Shown: positions 1 through 13,637 of the stretch, in pieces
Layout of the letters: each line of letters begins with the position of its first letter
How positions within the stretch are numbered: the stretch's first letter is position 1
Assembly: GCF_009914755.1 (NCBI RefSeq)
Contig: NC_060946.1
Source: the human T2T-CHM13v2.0 reference genome, Homo sapiens
Direction: 5' to 3' (one strand)
Length of the DNA stretch: 64,000 bases
The notes under the pieces: model-generated
The model's database searches: none
What the model was told of the DNA's origin: nothing
The model's input: the letters and a program-made list of their open reading frames with translations, nothing else
Translations under genes and position numbers: made by a program

Positions 1-55
1 GCCCCGGCCCGGCCTCCTGCACCGCCACCGCCGCAGCTCCCCCACGAACGGAAGC
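1..55 (-). pseudogene. 5' tip of a probable processed pseudogene (possibly ABHD17AP4)
   Basis: A GC-rich 5'UTR-like sequence (GCTTCCGTTCGTGGGGGAGCTGCGGCGG... on -) abuts AT-rich DNA at an L1-endonuclease-like site TT|AAGAAAAATTTT. The identity is inferred only from recalled gene order. Confidence 0.45.
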
Positions 56-556
56 AAAATTTTTCTTAACGGGATGATAATTCACTAGTTTACCTCTAAT
101 GAGTCTCAGTATTTAATCTATCATGAAATTACGCGGCACCAAAATAAAATATAATTAGTTAAAACACAAAAATTATTTTATTGATTAATTTAGACATCAG
201 ATGTTTACATTATGAAATCAAGGTATTTTTTGGTTTTTGTTTTGTTTTTAGAATATTAGCAAATATTACCAAACATGAACCATAGTAAAAGTTCTTCAGT
301 AACACTTTACCATTCCGTTTTCAAATAACCTGAATTTATGTGCCAGATTGAAAAGCTTTTAGATGAGTGACCTATATTTCTGTATGTATCCAAATATTTG
401 TATATCATGTAGACAAGCCAAGAAAATACGCAGATATGTAAGCCATTGCATAGAATGGTAAAGAATACATTCTTAATAAGATGCATTCGCTTAATGCTCC
501 AAACAGGTCTCTAGTATCTCAAATGCAGCATTCACCCACTATTTCCAAACATATCA

Positions 557-870
557 GGGCCAGGTGCCATGGCTCATGCCCATAATCTTGGCACTTTGGG
601 AAGTTGAGGTGGGTGGATCACTTGAGGCCAAGTTCCAGACCAGCCTGGCCAACATGGCAAAACCCTGTCTTTACTAAAACTACAAAAAAAATAAAAATAG
701 CTAGCCATGGTGGCACACTACTATAATCCCAGCTACTCAGGAGACTGAGATACAAGAATCATGTGAACACGAGAGGCAGGGGATGCAGTGAGCTGAGCCG
801 AGATCACGCCACTGCACTCCAGCCTGGGCAACGGAGCGAGTGAGACTCTGTTTCAAAAAAACAAAACCAA
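557..870 (+). mobile_element. Alu
   Basis: Dimeric Alu with A-rich tail. Confidence 0.92.
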
Positions 871-3569
871 AAGCATTGTATCATGATATGTGACTAAGCT
901 GAATTTAAAACACTGTAACATAAACTAGATGAAAAGTATTATACAAAATTTTTCTTTGTATTTCTATTTGTTTTGAATTTACCAACAATTCAAATCTTGC
1001 TGAGAATATTTGCACTATAAATATTTCTGTGATTATTGGTTATATTCAAATTCGCTCATTTTCAAAGCTACCTGTATAAAATTATTAAAATTGTACATAG
1101 CTTGGAATAAGAGTATGTTGAATATAATTGCCATGTGATACATTTATATTTAATAATTAAAGGCATATTACAACACTTACGCCTCATCTTAATGTTACTT
1201 AACCTTAGAAACAGAGTAAATGATAGGAATAATATGGGAGACAAACTGTGGAAAGCCACATTCTGTATATCTCTGTTGTTTTTATTAAACTTTTTTCCTA
1301 CTGCACTTTAAATTTGTCATAGACCATTATTTTAGTAATTATTAATGTAATCTTACGTATGTATATTCTCTACCATCTTAGCAGGTTGAATAAAATACAT
1401 GATTAAAGGCAAAAATGTGTGCAAGGAAAATATAGAATATTTAAGTTACAAAAAGCTACTCTTACTGAATCTCTTAAATTACAGCTTATAGCTAAAGAGT
1501 ACAAACTATTGTAAAAGTTTTCTCCCATTTGTAAGTAATTACACATATAAAGTATCTCCCCATTCAGTAGATCTTATATTTCTTTCAGAAACATATATTA
1601 AATATAAAATATTCTGAATTCTAAATTGCATTTAAAATTGTTCATCATTGGTTATATTATGTAATTATAAGCAAGTACATTTAATGACTACATACTGTAA
1701 ACTTTCTTTACCACGTGGCACAAATAGTTAATTTACCTTTTTTTTCTGTCTCTGTCTTCTATGTCCTAGGCTATTTCAGTTTTCTCACGAGTAGCCATTA
1801 TTTTCAATGAACTACCAAAAAGTTATAAGGCAGCCACGATCAAACAAAAATGTTAGTAATATAGTATAGTATAAAGGTTTTTTATTTCTTAATTTATATT
1901 CCAAATTGTTAAATAATTTTATCATCCAGTCTTGATGTCTGAAAACATCTTAAAATAGAGAAGTTCACAGTATTAGATGCTGTATCTTTCTTCATCTAAT
2001 GACAAAAGACTTTAGTTCTTTTCTCAATTTTAGGAGAAGTTTTGCTTTAAGACCAATAAAAACATAAGTTTACATAAGCTGAGAGCACGTTATGTATAGC
2101 TACTCTGTGGAAAACATTTTATTTTAAGAGCTATTAGGAACATCTTTTGAGAATATTCAAGCTATATATGATGCTGCAAATTTATTTTTATGGTTGCTAT
2201 AACTGGCAAGGCAAGCAGATGATATGCTTGAAGCTATCTCGTGATGAGCACATCTGAGGGAATAAAGAAGGGCCTTCACAAGAAGAGGGAGGCAGCTGGT
2301 ACATTCAGTAATGCATCATGAACACCAATGCAGTGGCTCCTGAGAAAGAGTCAATATAATACCTGGATTCCTTGTTTCTATCTCATATGTAATCCAGTTT
2401 CAGGGAAGTATAAAAGTGACAGGGATGGGGAGAGTATATGAACCATTAATATGAAATCTAAAGAAGTGCAGGCATCCAGCTGTCTGGTGTCTACTGAGGT
2501 CGTTCACCCAGATTAACAATACAGATACTTAGTTAAATTCTGAACTGCAGATAATGGGAAAGTAAGATTGTGGAAATCGGCTCCATCCAAATTATTACTC
2601 AGGTCTCCTCCTCTTCCAGATGCTGTCCCCACAGTATACTCAAGGTGTCTGATGACAGTGATGAGCAACTGAGGAATCATTTAATTACCAAGTTCTTCAT
2701 CCTTACTTAAAAATGTAGAGTCACAAAATCATATATGAAAACACACTCTTTTTTTTTTTTTTTTTTTGAGATGGAGTCTCTGTTACCAGGCTGGAGATAC
2801 TCTTTTTCAATAGAGTATGGCCTTCTGTCCACTCTCCTCTTATTCTTTCCAGAGTAGCAAGGTGTCCTTACGGCATACATTTAGCATAAAATTAGATGGG
2901 TTCCATTATAAAATAAAATGGAGACAGAATAAGTCAATACTGAATTCTTTGGTAAATCAAGCAAAGTCTTTAAAAATTTTTCTAGAAAATGGATTTATTT
3001 TTGTTTTTATTTAGTGTTTGTTTTATTTAGTTATTTTTAGTTTTTTTGTTTGCTTTTGCTTCATTGTTCTGCATTGCTAACTCGTTAAAATCACAAGCTA
3101 TCTTATTGTATATTGAGTGTATTTGCAAGAGCTGTTTAGTGTTTTCTTCCCTAGTGAACCAACATAACGATTATTCTGCTATGAGTCTATGTTACGAAAT
3201 ATGTCTATGTCCTGCTATTCTCAGGCTTCATTTTTGCCTCTAAATCCTTCAGGTACTGTTGTTTTGGGCAGTGTAATGGATGTTTCTTCTTTTGTTCTTT
3301 CTGTGCCTTGAAAATTTCAGTAAGGAAATAAACTGGTTGTCAAAAACACCTGTTTGTTAAAATTGGAATCAGACCTTTTAAAGAAGAGATATACTTGGTT
3401 TCCTTGGCTAAATATTCAAAAGTTAATAGGATTTTTTTCATAGTATAACATAGTTTCAAAAGTTAAACGTAATTGTATTTAGTTTTATTGAATACCTACT
3501 TGTGTGGCATATTACATTTATTTTTGTTAATATTAAATTTAAACAATTTTAAGTATAAATTATTATATA

Positions 3570-6500
3570 GTGTGCAAATGTCTTTTTCATATAATGACTT
3601 CTTTTTCTCTGGGTATATACCCAGTGGTGGGATTGTGGATGAAATCTATTTTTAGATCTTTAAGGAATCTCCATACTGTTTTCCATAGTGGTTGTACTAG
3701 TTTACATTCCCACCAGCAGTGTAAAAATGTTCCCTTTACACCATATTCATGCCAACATCTGTTGTTTTTTTATTTTCTTAATTGTGGCTATTCTTGCAGG
3801 AGTAAGGTGGCATCTCATTGTGGTTTTGATATGCATTTCCCTGATAATTAGTAATGTTGAGCATGTTTTCATTTGTTTCTTGGCCATTTGTGTATCTTCT
3901 TTTCAGAATTGCCTAGTCATACCCTTTGCCCACTTTTTGATGGGATTTGTTTATTCTTGCTGATTTGTTTGAGTTCCATGTAGATTCTGGATATTAGTCC
4001 TTTGTCAGATGAATAGTATGCAAAATATTTTCTCCTAATCTGTGGGTTGTCTGTTTACTCTGCTGATTATTTCTTTTTCTGTGAAGAGGCTTTCTAGCTT
4101 AATTTGGTCCTAGCTACTTATCTTTGTTTTTGTTCCATTTGCTTTTGAGTTCTTATTCATGAAGTCTTTGCCTAAGCCAATGTCTAGAAGAGCTTTTCTA
4201 ATGTTATATTCTAGAAGTTTTATGGTTTCAGGGCTTAGATTTAAGTCTTTCATCCATCTTGAGTTGATTTTTGTAAAAAGTGAGAGATGAGGATCCAGCT
4301 TTTTTCTTCTACATGTGGTTTGCAAATTATCCTAGCACCATTTGTTGAATAGAATGTCCTTTCCCCACTTTGTATTTGCTCTGTCAAAGGTCAGTTGACT
4401 GTAAGTATTTGGTTTTATTTCTGGTTCTCTATTCTGTTCCATTTGTCTATGTGCCTATTTTTATACCAGTACCATGCTGTTTTGGTAACTCTAGCCTTGT
4501 AGTATAGTTTGAAGTTGGGTAATGTAATGCCTCTAGATTTTTTTTTTTTTTTTTTGCTTAGTTTTACTTTGGCTTTGAGGGCTTTTTTTTGGTTCCATAT
4601 GAATTTTAGGGTTGTTTTTTCTAGTTCTGTGAAGAGTAATGATGGTATTTTGATGAGAATTGCATTAAATTTGTAGGTTGCTTTAGTCAGTATGGTCATT
4701 TTCACAATATTGATTCTACTCATCGATGAGCATGGGAGGTGTTTGCACTTGTTTGTGTTGTGTATAATCTCTTTCAGCAGTGTCCCTTAGTTTTCCTTTT
4801 AGAGATCTTTCATCTCCTTGGTTAGGTATATATTCCTAAGTATTTTATTTTTTGCAGTTGTTGTAAAAGAGGTTGAGTTCTTGATTTGATTCTCAGCTTG
4901 GTCATTGGAGGTGTATAACAGTGCTACCTCTGATTTGTGTACATTGATTTTGTATCCTGAAACTTGGCTGAATTCATGTATTAGATCTAAGAACTTTTTG
5001 GATGAGTCCTTAGGGTTTTCTAGGTATACAATCATATCATCAGTGAACAGCAGCAGTTTGACTTCCTCTTTACCTATTTGAATGCCCTTTGTTTCTCTTG
5101 TCTGATTGCTCTGGCTAAAATTTCCAGTACAATGTTGAATAGAAGAGGTGAAAGTGGATATCCTTTTCTTGTTCCAGTTCTTAGGCGAAATGCTGTAGAT
5201 TTTTCTCTGTTTAGTATAATGTTGACTATGGATTTTTCATAGATGGCTTTTATTACCTTGAGGTATGTCCCTTCTATGCTTTTTCTGATGGTTTTAATCA
5301 TAAATGGATGCTGGATTTTGTGAAATGGGTTTTTTTGCATCAATTGAAATCATATTTTTAAATTTTTAATTATTTATATGTGATTAATTACATTTATTGA
5401 CTTGCATATGTTAAACCATCCCTTCATCCCTGATATGAAACCCACGTGATCATGGTGTATTATCTTTTTGATATAATGTTGGACTCAGCTAGTATTTTGT
5501 TGAAGATTTTTGCATCTATGTTCATCAGGGGCTGAACTATAGACCTACAGAGTCTGAACTATTGGTCTATAGTTTTCTTTTTTTGTTATGTTCTTTCCTG
5601 GTTTTGGTATTAGGGTGTTACTGGCCTCATAGAATGATTTAAGGAGGATTTCCTCTTTCTTTATCTTTTGAAATCATTTCAGTAAGATTGGTACCAATTC
5701 TTCGAATGCCTGATAGAATTCAGCTGTTAATCCATTTGGTCCTGGACATTTTTATTGTTGGCAATTTTTTTTACTATTGTTTCAGTCTCACTGCTTGTTA
5801 CTTGTCTGTTCAGTTTCTTTCTCTTTTTTTTTTCCACGTAGGATCTCGCTCTGTCGCCCAGGCTGGAGTGCAGTGGCACAATCTGAGCTCACTGCAACCT
5901 CTGCCTCCCAGGCTCAAGTGATTCTCTTGCCTCAGCCTCCTGAGTAGATGGGATTACAGGTGTGCACCAACACACCCAGCTAATTTTTTTTATTTTCAGT
6001 AGAGACAGGGTTTCACTCTGTTGGCCAGGCTGGTCTCAAACTCCTGGCCTCAAGTGATCTGCCCACCTCAGTCTCCTAAAGTGCTGGGATTACAGGTGTG
6101 AGCCACTATACCCAGTGCAGTTTCTATTTATTTGTGTTTTAATCTAGGAGGGTTGTATATTTCCAGGAATTTATCACTCTCTCTAAATTTTCTAGTCTGT
6201 GCACATAAGGGTGTTCATAGTAGCCTTGAATATATTTCATATTTCTGTGGTATTGGTTGTAATATTTCCCATTTCATTTCTAATTGAGCTTATTTGGATC
6301 TTCTCCCTTTTTTTCTTAGTTAATCTCACTAATGGTCTATTGATTTTGTTTATCTCTTAAAAGAATCAGTTTTTTGTTTCATATATCTTTTGTATTTTTG
6401 TTTCAATTTTATTTAATTCTGATCTTTATTATTTCTTTTTTCTTCTGGGTTTGGGTTTGGTTGGTTCTTGTTTCTCCAGTTCTGTGAGGTATGACTTTAG

Positions 6501-6625
6501 ATTGTCTATTCATGCTCTTTGATGTAGGCATTTAATGCTATGAACCTTCCTCTTAATTTTGCTGTATCCCAGAGGTTTTAATAGGCTTTGTCACTATTAT
6601 CCTTCAGTTCAAACAATTTTTTAAA
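3570..6625 (-). mobile_element. Decayed LINE-1 (L1PB-like) ORF2 fragment interrupted by an Alu
   Basis: Broken ORF2 frames: IQHPFMIKT...[60 protein letters not shown]; many stops and frameshifts. Confidence 0.93.
5822..6116 (-). mobile_element. Alu inserted in the L1
   Basis: Full Alu with cagtttct on both flanks. Confidence 0.92.
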
Positions 6626-6947
6626 TGTTGCATAACAATGTTTATTTAGTTTTACATTTGTTTACAATTTCTTATAAACACTTTTCGTTATAATTTTATA
6701 CAAACAACAGTAGGAGAAACAAGGAGCTAGAAAACATTAGAAAGTTGAGATTTGGAGGGAAGAATTTTAAAGACTGGAAGTACTAGAGGGAGAGAATCTA
6801 GAGAATGAAGGAGGCAATACTTGAAGAGATAACACAATGTTCCAAATTTGTTGGTAAAACATGAATTCGTAAATTCAGGAAACACAATATATACCAAACA
6901 TATATTTAAATAAAATCCAGGCCTAGACTCAAGGTAGTAGTAAATGA

Positions 6948-7367
<420 letters not shown>

Positions 7368-7379
7368 CATATTTATACT

Positions 7380-8140
7380 TTTTTAATACCACTAGGCTCA
7401 ACCCGTATGATATTTTTTGCAGCAGCTTTCTTGAGATGTAATTCACATACCGCATAAATCGCCCATTTAAAATGTACAACCGAGCGGTTTTTAGCGTATT
7501 CATAGAGTCGCACATCACCACAATCAATTTTAGAACATTTTTATCACCCCCCAAAGAAATCCACATCCTTTAGCCGTCAACCTCCAATCCTTCCATTTCT
7601 CTGCACCTAGGCAATGTATAATCTACTTTCTGTCTGTATAGATTTGCGTACTCCGGATGTTTCACGTAAATGCAGTCATGCGACACGTGATCTTGTGGCT
7701 GGCTTCTTTCACTTAGCGCCATGTTTTCTAGTTTCACCCGTTTTCAGCATGTGTCCGTCCTTTTCCTTCTTTTCAAAACAGTTTTATTGAGATGCCGTTC
7801 ACATACCATGCAGTTCATTCATGTAAAGCATCTGTAATTCAATTGCCTTTAGAATATGCACAGTTACGTAGCCATCACCACAATACATTTTAGAACATTG
7901 GTATCACCTCAAATTCCTTTTTATTGCCAAATAATATTCCACTGTATGGATATACCACGTTGCATTTATCCACTGGTGGGCATTTTCACTCTTAGAATAT
8001 TATAAATAATGTTGCTATGGATATTCGTGCACGAGTTCTTGTGGGGACATATGTCTTCATTTCTTTCAAGTATATACCTAGGAATGGAATTAATGGGTTA
8101 TATGGTAATTCTATGATTAAGCTTTTGAGGAACTGTCAGA
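7380..8140 (-). mobile_element. Old L1M (L1MB/L1ME-like) 3' fragment
   Basis: Typical antisense L1M 3' motifs (aattttagaacatttttatcacccc; tatacctaggaatggaatt...ttttgaggaactg). Confidence 0.75.
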
Positions 8141-9212
8141 CAAGCCATGAGATTGATTGATTGATTTTTAAAGACAGGGTCTTATTGTATTGCCCCAGCT
8201 GGTCTCCAACTCCTGAGCTCAAGCAATCCTCCTACCTCAGCCTCTGAATGGCTGGGGCTACAGGCACGTGCCACTGCACCCAGCTGCCATGTGATTTTTT
8301 TCTTCCCAATTTTCTCACTGAACATTAATCATGTGTATTTTCATGAATGGTTAAGTGTTCTTTGAGCATGTGGCTTTTAACATTTGCTTTTAACATTTAA
8401 CATATCCAAATTTTAGTTGGCCAATCCCCTGTTATTGGGGACACTTCCAATTTTCATTATGATAAACAGCATTTCCATGGGCATCTTTTTTTTTTTTTGA
8501 GACAGAGTTTTGCTCTTGTTGCCCAGGCTAGAGTGCAATGGTGAGAACTGCAGCCTCCACCTCCAGGATTCAAGTAATTCTCCTGCCTCAGCCTCCTGAG
8601 TAGCGGGGATTACAGGTGTGCGCCATCATGCCTGGCTAATTTTGTATTTTTAGTACAGCTGGGGTTTCACCATGTTTGTCAGGCTGGTCTCAAACTCCTG
8701 ACCTCAAGGGATCCAGCCACCTAGGCCTCCAAAAGGGCTGGGATTACAGGTGTGAGCCACTGCGTCCGGCCCCATGAGCATCTTTAGGCATCAATCTTTT
8801 ATGCATCTCTGGTTATTTCTCTAGAGCACATTAGTCAAATGATTGTATCAAAGGGCACAGGCAGTTTTGAGGCTCTCAGTGCATGATGATATATTGCTTT
8901 CCAAAAAGGCTGTGCCCGTTTGCATTCTCAAAAGTAGAGTGTGCACCCCTCCTTATATTTTAATAGTTTCCTGAGGTCATCAGAACATGAACATGGGGAG
9001 GGCAGGGACTTGCTTGGGCATCTTGGATACCATGCCCAGTTGAATGTGCAGTACTTAGTAGGGGTTTGTGTAACAGGAATGAGTGAGAGCACATGAAGGC
9101 CCAGATGAGTGCAGGGTCCGTGGGGCACAGAGGAGGGTACAGGTGTGTGAGCACCGTGTGGACTTAGCACACGGCTGACGTGAGGACTCAGTGCAGACAC
9201 AAGTGGTAACAA
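8033..9212 (+). repeat. 1.18-kb direct repeat, copy 1
   Basis: Aligns base by base with 12442-13637. Confidence 0.97.
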
Positions 9213-9288
9213 GGCCTCGTGAATCAAAGAACTCCTCAACCTGGAGGTCGAAGCAGCTGATTGGAGATGAGGAAGCCACACTCCAAGG

Positions 9289-9444
9289 TCACTTAGGGAC
9301 AGACGCTGGCAGGGCTGATCTGAAGACTGGCAGCAACTCCTTTTTATACTCCACTCTGCAAGCGCCAGTCTTTATGCAGAGTTCTGGAAGAATTCCCTTC
9401 ACTGAGCTAGCAAGGCCATCAAACTCTGCGTTCACCTGGATATC
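9289..9444 (-). pseudogene. Orphan duplicate of the terminal coding exon of LRRC74B
   Basis: ctccttag|DIQVNAEFDGLASSVKGILPELCIKTGACRVEYKKELLPVFRSALPASVPK*TGA matches the LRRC74B C-terminus as I recall it. No upstream LRR exons were found in the window. Confidence 0.75.
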
Positions 9445-9634
9445 CTAAGGAGACACCCATTACAAGGATGAACTTTGTTACTATCTGAGAACTTCACCAT
9501 TTTTCACTCACACACGCAAGGTCTCAGAGAAGCTCCTTCGGGCGGCTTCTCCCCTGTGGATGACAGTCTCATACCCGCAAACTAGTAAGATCCAGGAGAG
9601 AAGGGGACAATGGGGGATGTTTAGAGGCCTGCTG

Positions 9635-12196
9635 TATTTATTTATTTAGAAATGGGATCGTACTGTGTCACCAGGCTGGAGTGCAGTGGCTCAATCGTAG
9701 CTCTCTTCATCCCTGAGCTCCTGGACTCAAGCTATCTATCCTCTTGCTTAAGCCTCCAGAATAGCAGGGACTACAGGTGCCCACCACCATGCCCGGCTAT
9801 GCTGTATTTCCAGATCTGGGGGCTGGTTACATAGACACCTATGCTGTTTGTGAAAATTCTCCAAGCTCTATGCTTAATCTTTGTGCATTTTTCAGCATAG
9901 ATGTTGTTCCTCAATTAAAAACAAAAAACCAAGGGGTTGTGAAGAACAGAACTGGCACTGATGGAGTCCTTCTCTGTGCAAGGCCTTTCCCTTAGGTCTG
10001 TCATCTCAGCTTATGTTCATGATGGCCTTGCGGGGTAGACGTTAGCCCCATTTCACAAAAACACAAGTCTGAGCCCAGGGAAAGATTTTCCTTGAACTAT
10101 AAGTCTTCAAAACTATTTCCCTCAAAGCTCAGAATAAAATCTGGGCTAGTCAGATTATACTAGTGATAACAGATAACAACAGTTAAGGAATAGAAGGTAG
10201 AATATTCAATTCAGGCTAATTGTTTTTCTTTGTTTTTTTGTTTTTTGGGTTTTTTTGAGGTAGAGTCTCGCTCTGTCACCCAGGCTGGAATGCATTGGCA
10301 TGGTCTCGGCTCACTGAAACCTCCGCTTTCTGGTTCAAGCAATTCTCCTGCCTCAGCCTCCCGAGTAGCTGAGGTTACAGGTGAGCACCACCACATCCAG
10401 CTAATTTTTCTTCTATCTTTTACAACACAGAGTTTCACTCTTGTTGCTCAGGCTGGAGTGCAATGGCACGATCTCGGCTCACTGCAACCTCTGCCTCTGG
10501 GTTCTCCTGGAGGTGATTCTCCTGCCTCAGCCCCCTGAGTAGCTGGGATTACAAGTGCATACCACTATGCCCGGCTAATTTTTGTATTTTTAGTAGAGAC
10601 AGGGTTTCACCATGTTGGCCAGACTGATCTCGAACTCCTGACCTCAGGTGATCTGCCTGCCTCGGCCTCCCGAAGTTCTGGGATTACAGGCATGAGCCAC
10701 CAACTCCGGCCAAATTTTTGTATTATTAGTAAAGACAGGTTTTGCCATGTTGGCCAGGGTGGTCTTGAACTCCTGACCTCAGGTGATCCACCTGCCTTGG
10801 CCTCCCGAGGTCCTGGGATTATAGGCGTGAACCATCATGCCCATCCCAGGCTAGTTATTGATTGATCGTTTATGATTCTTTGACTCAGAATCTTGTCCAG
10901 GATCTCACACTGATAGACACAGGATTTGGTCCCAACCCTGAACTGATTCCAAAGCCCATGGCATTCCCACGAGACTAGGGGCTTCTGATAATGACCATAC
11001 ATTGTGACAAGTAAGTGTATATTTGAGCAGGATAATGCCATATGACATTCTATTTCTTTTAGAATGACAGATCCAGTGCTGACAGGAATTCTCAGAGCAG
11101 CAGGCACATGGTTAAGGCAAGAACAGGCCATTAGAAGGAAATGGTAAGGACGTTTGACATCGGTTGTCCCAAACCTGAAGAATTGAAACTACACAGACAC
11201 ATTTCTGGAAAGGCTTTCACTCAAGTCTGGGTTGAAAAAAATCAGGGTTAGAATCAGCACTGATTTGTAACTCAATTTTTTTGTTTCCTTCCCTTTTTTT
11301 TTGAGATAGAATCTGGCCCTGTTCCCCAGGTTGGAGTGCAGTGGCACAATCATAGCTCACTGAAGCCACAAACTCCTGGGATCAGGTGATCCTCCTGCTT
11401 CAGTCTTCTGAGTACCCGAAACTACGGGTATGTGCCACATGCCTGGCTAATTTTTTAAAAAGCTTTTTGTAGAGATGGGGATCTTGCTGTGTTGCCCAGG
11501 ATGGTCTTGAACTGTAGGCTTCAAGGGATCCTCCCACCTCAGCCTCCCAACATGCTAAGATTATACGTGTGAGCCATCTCACCTGGCACTTTTTCTACAT
11601 TAAAAAATCAAAATTCACCAGGCGCAATGGATCATGCCTGTAATCCCAGCACTTGGAAGGCCGAGGTGGGTGGATCACCTGAGGTCAGGAGTTCGAGACC
11701 AGCCTGGCCAACCTGGTGAAACCCTATCTCTACTAAAAAAAAATATCAAAAAAAAAAAAAAAAAAAATCAGCCGGGCGTGGTGGCACACACCTGTAATCC
11801 TGGCTACTCAGGAGGCTGAGGTAGAAGAATTGCCTGAATCTGGGAGCCGGAAGTTGCAGAGAGCCAAGATAGCACCACTGCACTCCAGCCTGGGCGACAG
11901 TGAGACTCTGTCTCAAAAAAAAAAAAAAAAAAAAAATCAAAATTGACCCAAGACATGAGAGACCATGGCACAGGATCACTTGAGGTCAGAAGTTTGCAAC
12001 CAGCCTGGGCAACATAGCAAGCCCCCATCTCTAAAAACTTTAGCCAGGTATGGTGACCTGTACCTGTACTTCCAGCTGCTTGGGGAGCTTAGACAGGAGA
12101 ACCACTTGAGCCAAGGAATTTGAGACTGCAGTGAGCTACGATCACACCACTGCACTGCAACTGGGTGACAGAGTGAGACCCTGACTCAAAAAAAAA
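9635..12196. mobile_element. Alu cluster (several full and partial Alus, both strands) between the direct repeats
   Basis: Alu consensus blocks at about 9635-9800, 10230-10850, 11290-11590 (-) and 11618-12196 (+). Confidence 0.88.
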
Positions 12197-12441
12197 GTGG
12201 CAAAATTGAATGAAAAGGGATCCTAATCTCTCTCACAGCCACTCAAGTGAAGCTTCCAGCACCACAGTCCACCTGCAGACAGTCAGGGGAGGGGCAGAGG
12301 GCAGCCTTGCAGGTGCTGCGCCTGCAGATCGAAACCTCAGTGGATAGGGAGCATCATGCCCAGACCTCCACTTATCCTCTCTCAGCCAATGAAGAACCCA
12401 GGCAGGTGCCCCAGGTGAGATCCCATGGAACCAGCAGTCTG

Positions 12442-13637
12442 GAGTTCTTGTGGGGACATATGTCTTCATTTCTTTCAAGTATATACCTAGGAATGGAATT
12501 AATGGGTTATATGGTAATTCTATGATTAAGCTTTTGAGGAACTGTCAGACAAGCCATGAGATTGATTGATTGATTTTTAAAGACAGGGTCTTATTGTATT
12601 GCCCCAGCTGGTCTCCAACTCCTGAGCTCAAGCAATCCTCCTACCTCAGCCTCTGAATGGCTGGGGCTACAGGCACGTGCCACTGCACCCAGCTGCCATG
12701 TGATTTTTTTCTTCCCAATTTTCTCACTGAACATTAATCATGTGTATTTTCATGAATGGTTAAGTGTTCTTTGAGCATGTGGCTTTTAACATTTGCTTTT
12801 AACATTTAACATATCCAAATTTTAGTTGGCCAATCCCCTGTTATTGGGGACACTTCCAATTTTCATTATGATAAACAGCATTTCCATGGGCATCTTTTTT
12901 TTTTTTTTTGAGACAGAGTTTTGCTCTTGTTGCCCAGGCTAGAGTGCAATGGTGAGAACTGCAGCCTCCACCTCCAGGATTCAAGTAATTCTCCTGCCTC
13001 AGCCTCCTGAGTAGCGGGGATTACAGGTGTGCGCCATCATGCCTGGCTAATTTTGTATTTTTAGTACAGCTGGGGTTTCACCATGTTCGTCAGGCTGGTC
13101 TCAAACTCCTGACCTCAAGGGATCCAGCCACCTAGGCCTCCAAAAGGGCTGGGATTACAGGTGTGAGCCACTGCATCCAGCCCCATGAGCATCTTTAGGC
13201 ATCAATCTTTTATGCATCTCTGGTTATTTCTCTAGAGCACATTAGTCAAATGATTGTATCAAAGGGCACAGGCAGTTTTGAGGCTCTCAGTGCATGATGA
13301 TAAATTGCCTTCCAAAAAGGCTGTGCCCGTTTGCATTCTCAAAAGTAGAGTGTACACCCCTCCTTATATTTTAATAGTTTCCTGAGGTCACCAGAACATG
13401 AACATGGGGAGGGCAGGGACTTGCTTGGGCATCTTGGATACCATGCCCAGTTCAATGTGCAGTACTTAGTAGGGGTTTGTGTGACAGGAATGAGTGAGAG
13501 CACATGAAGGCCCAGATGAGTGCAGGGTCCGTGGGGCACAGAGGAGGGTACAGGTGTGTGAGCACCGTGAAGGCCAGCTCCATAGGACTTAGCACACGGC
13601 TGACGTGGGGACTCAGTGCAGACACAAGTGGTAACAA
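12442..13637 (+). repeat. 1.2-kb direct repeat, copy 2
   Basis: Same sequence as 8033-9212 apart from about 10 substitutions, 2 extra T in a T-run and a 14-nt net insertion. Confidence 0.97.

Noticed and set aside
1735-2040. Exon-like signals on the + strand (polypyrimidine-tag at 1769, gttagt at 1852; acceptor near 2033)
   Set aside because: No recognisable peptide or consistent multi-exon frame; cannot be supported without a search.
3570-6625. Active L1 or domesticated reverse transcriptase
   Set aside because: Fragmented frames, an Alu insertion, and no 5'UTR or ORF1.
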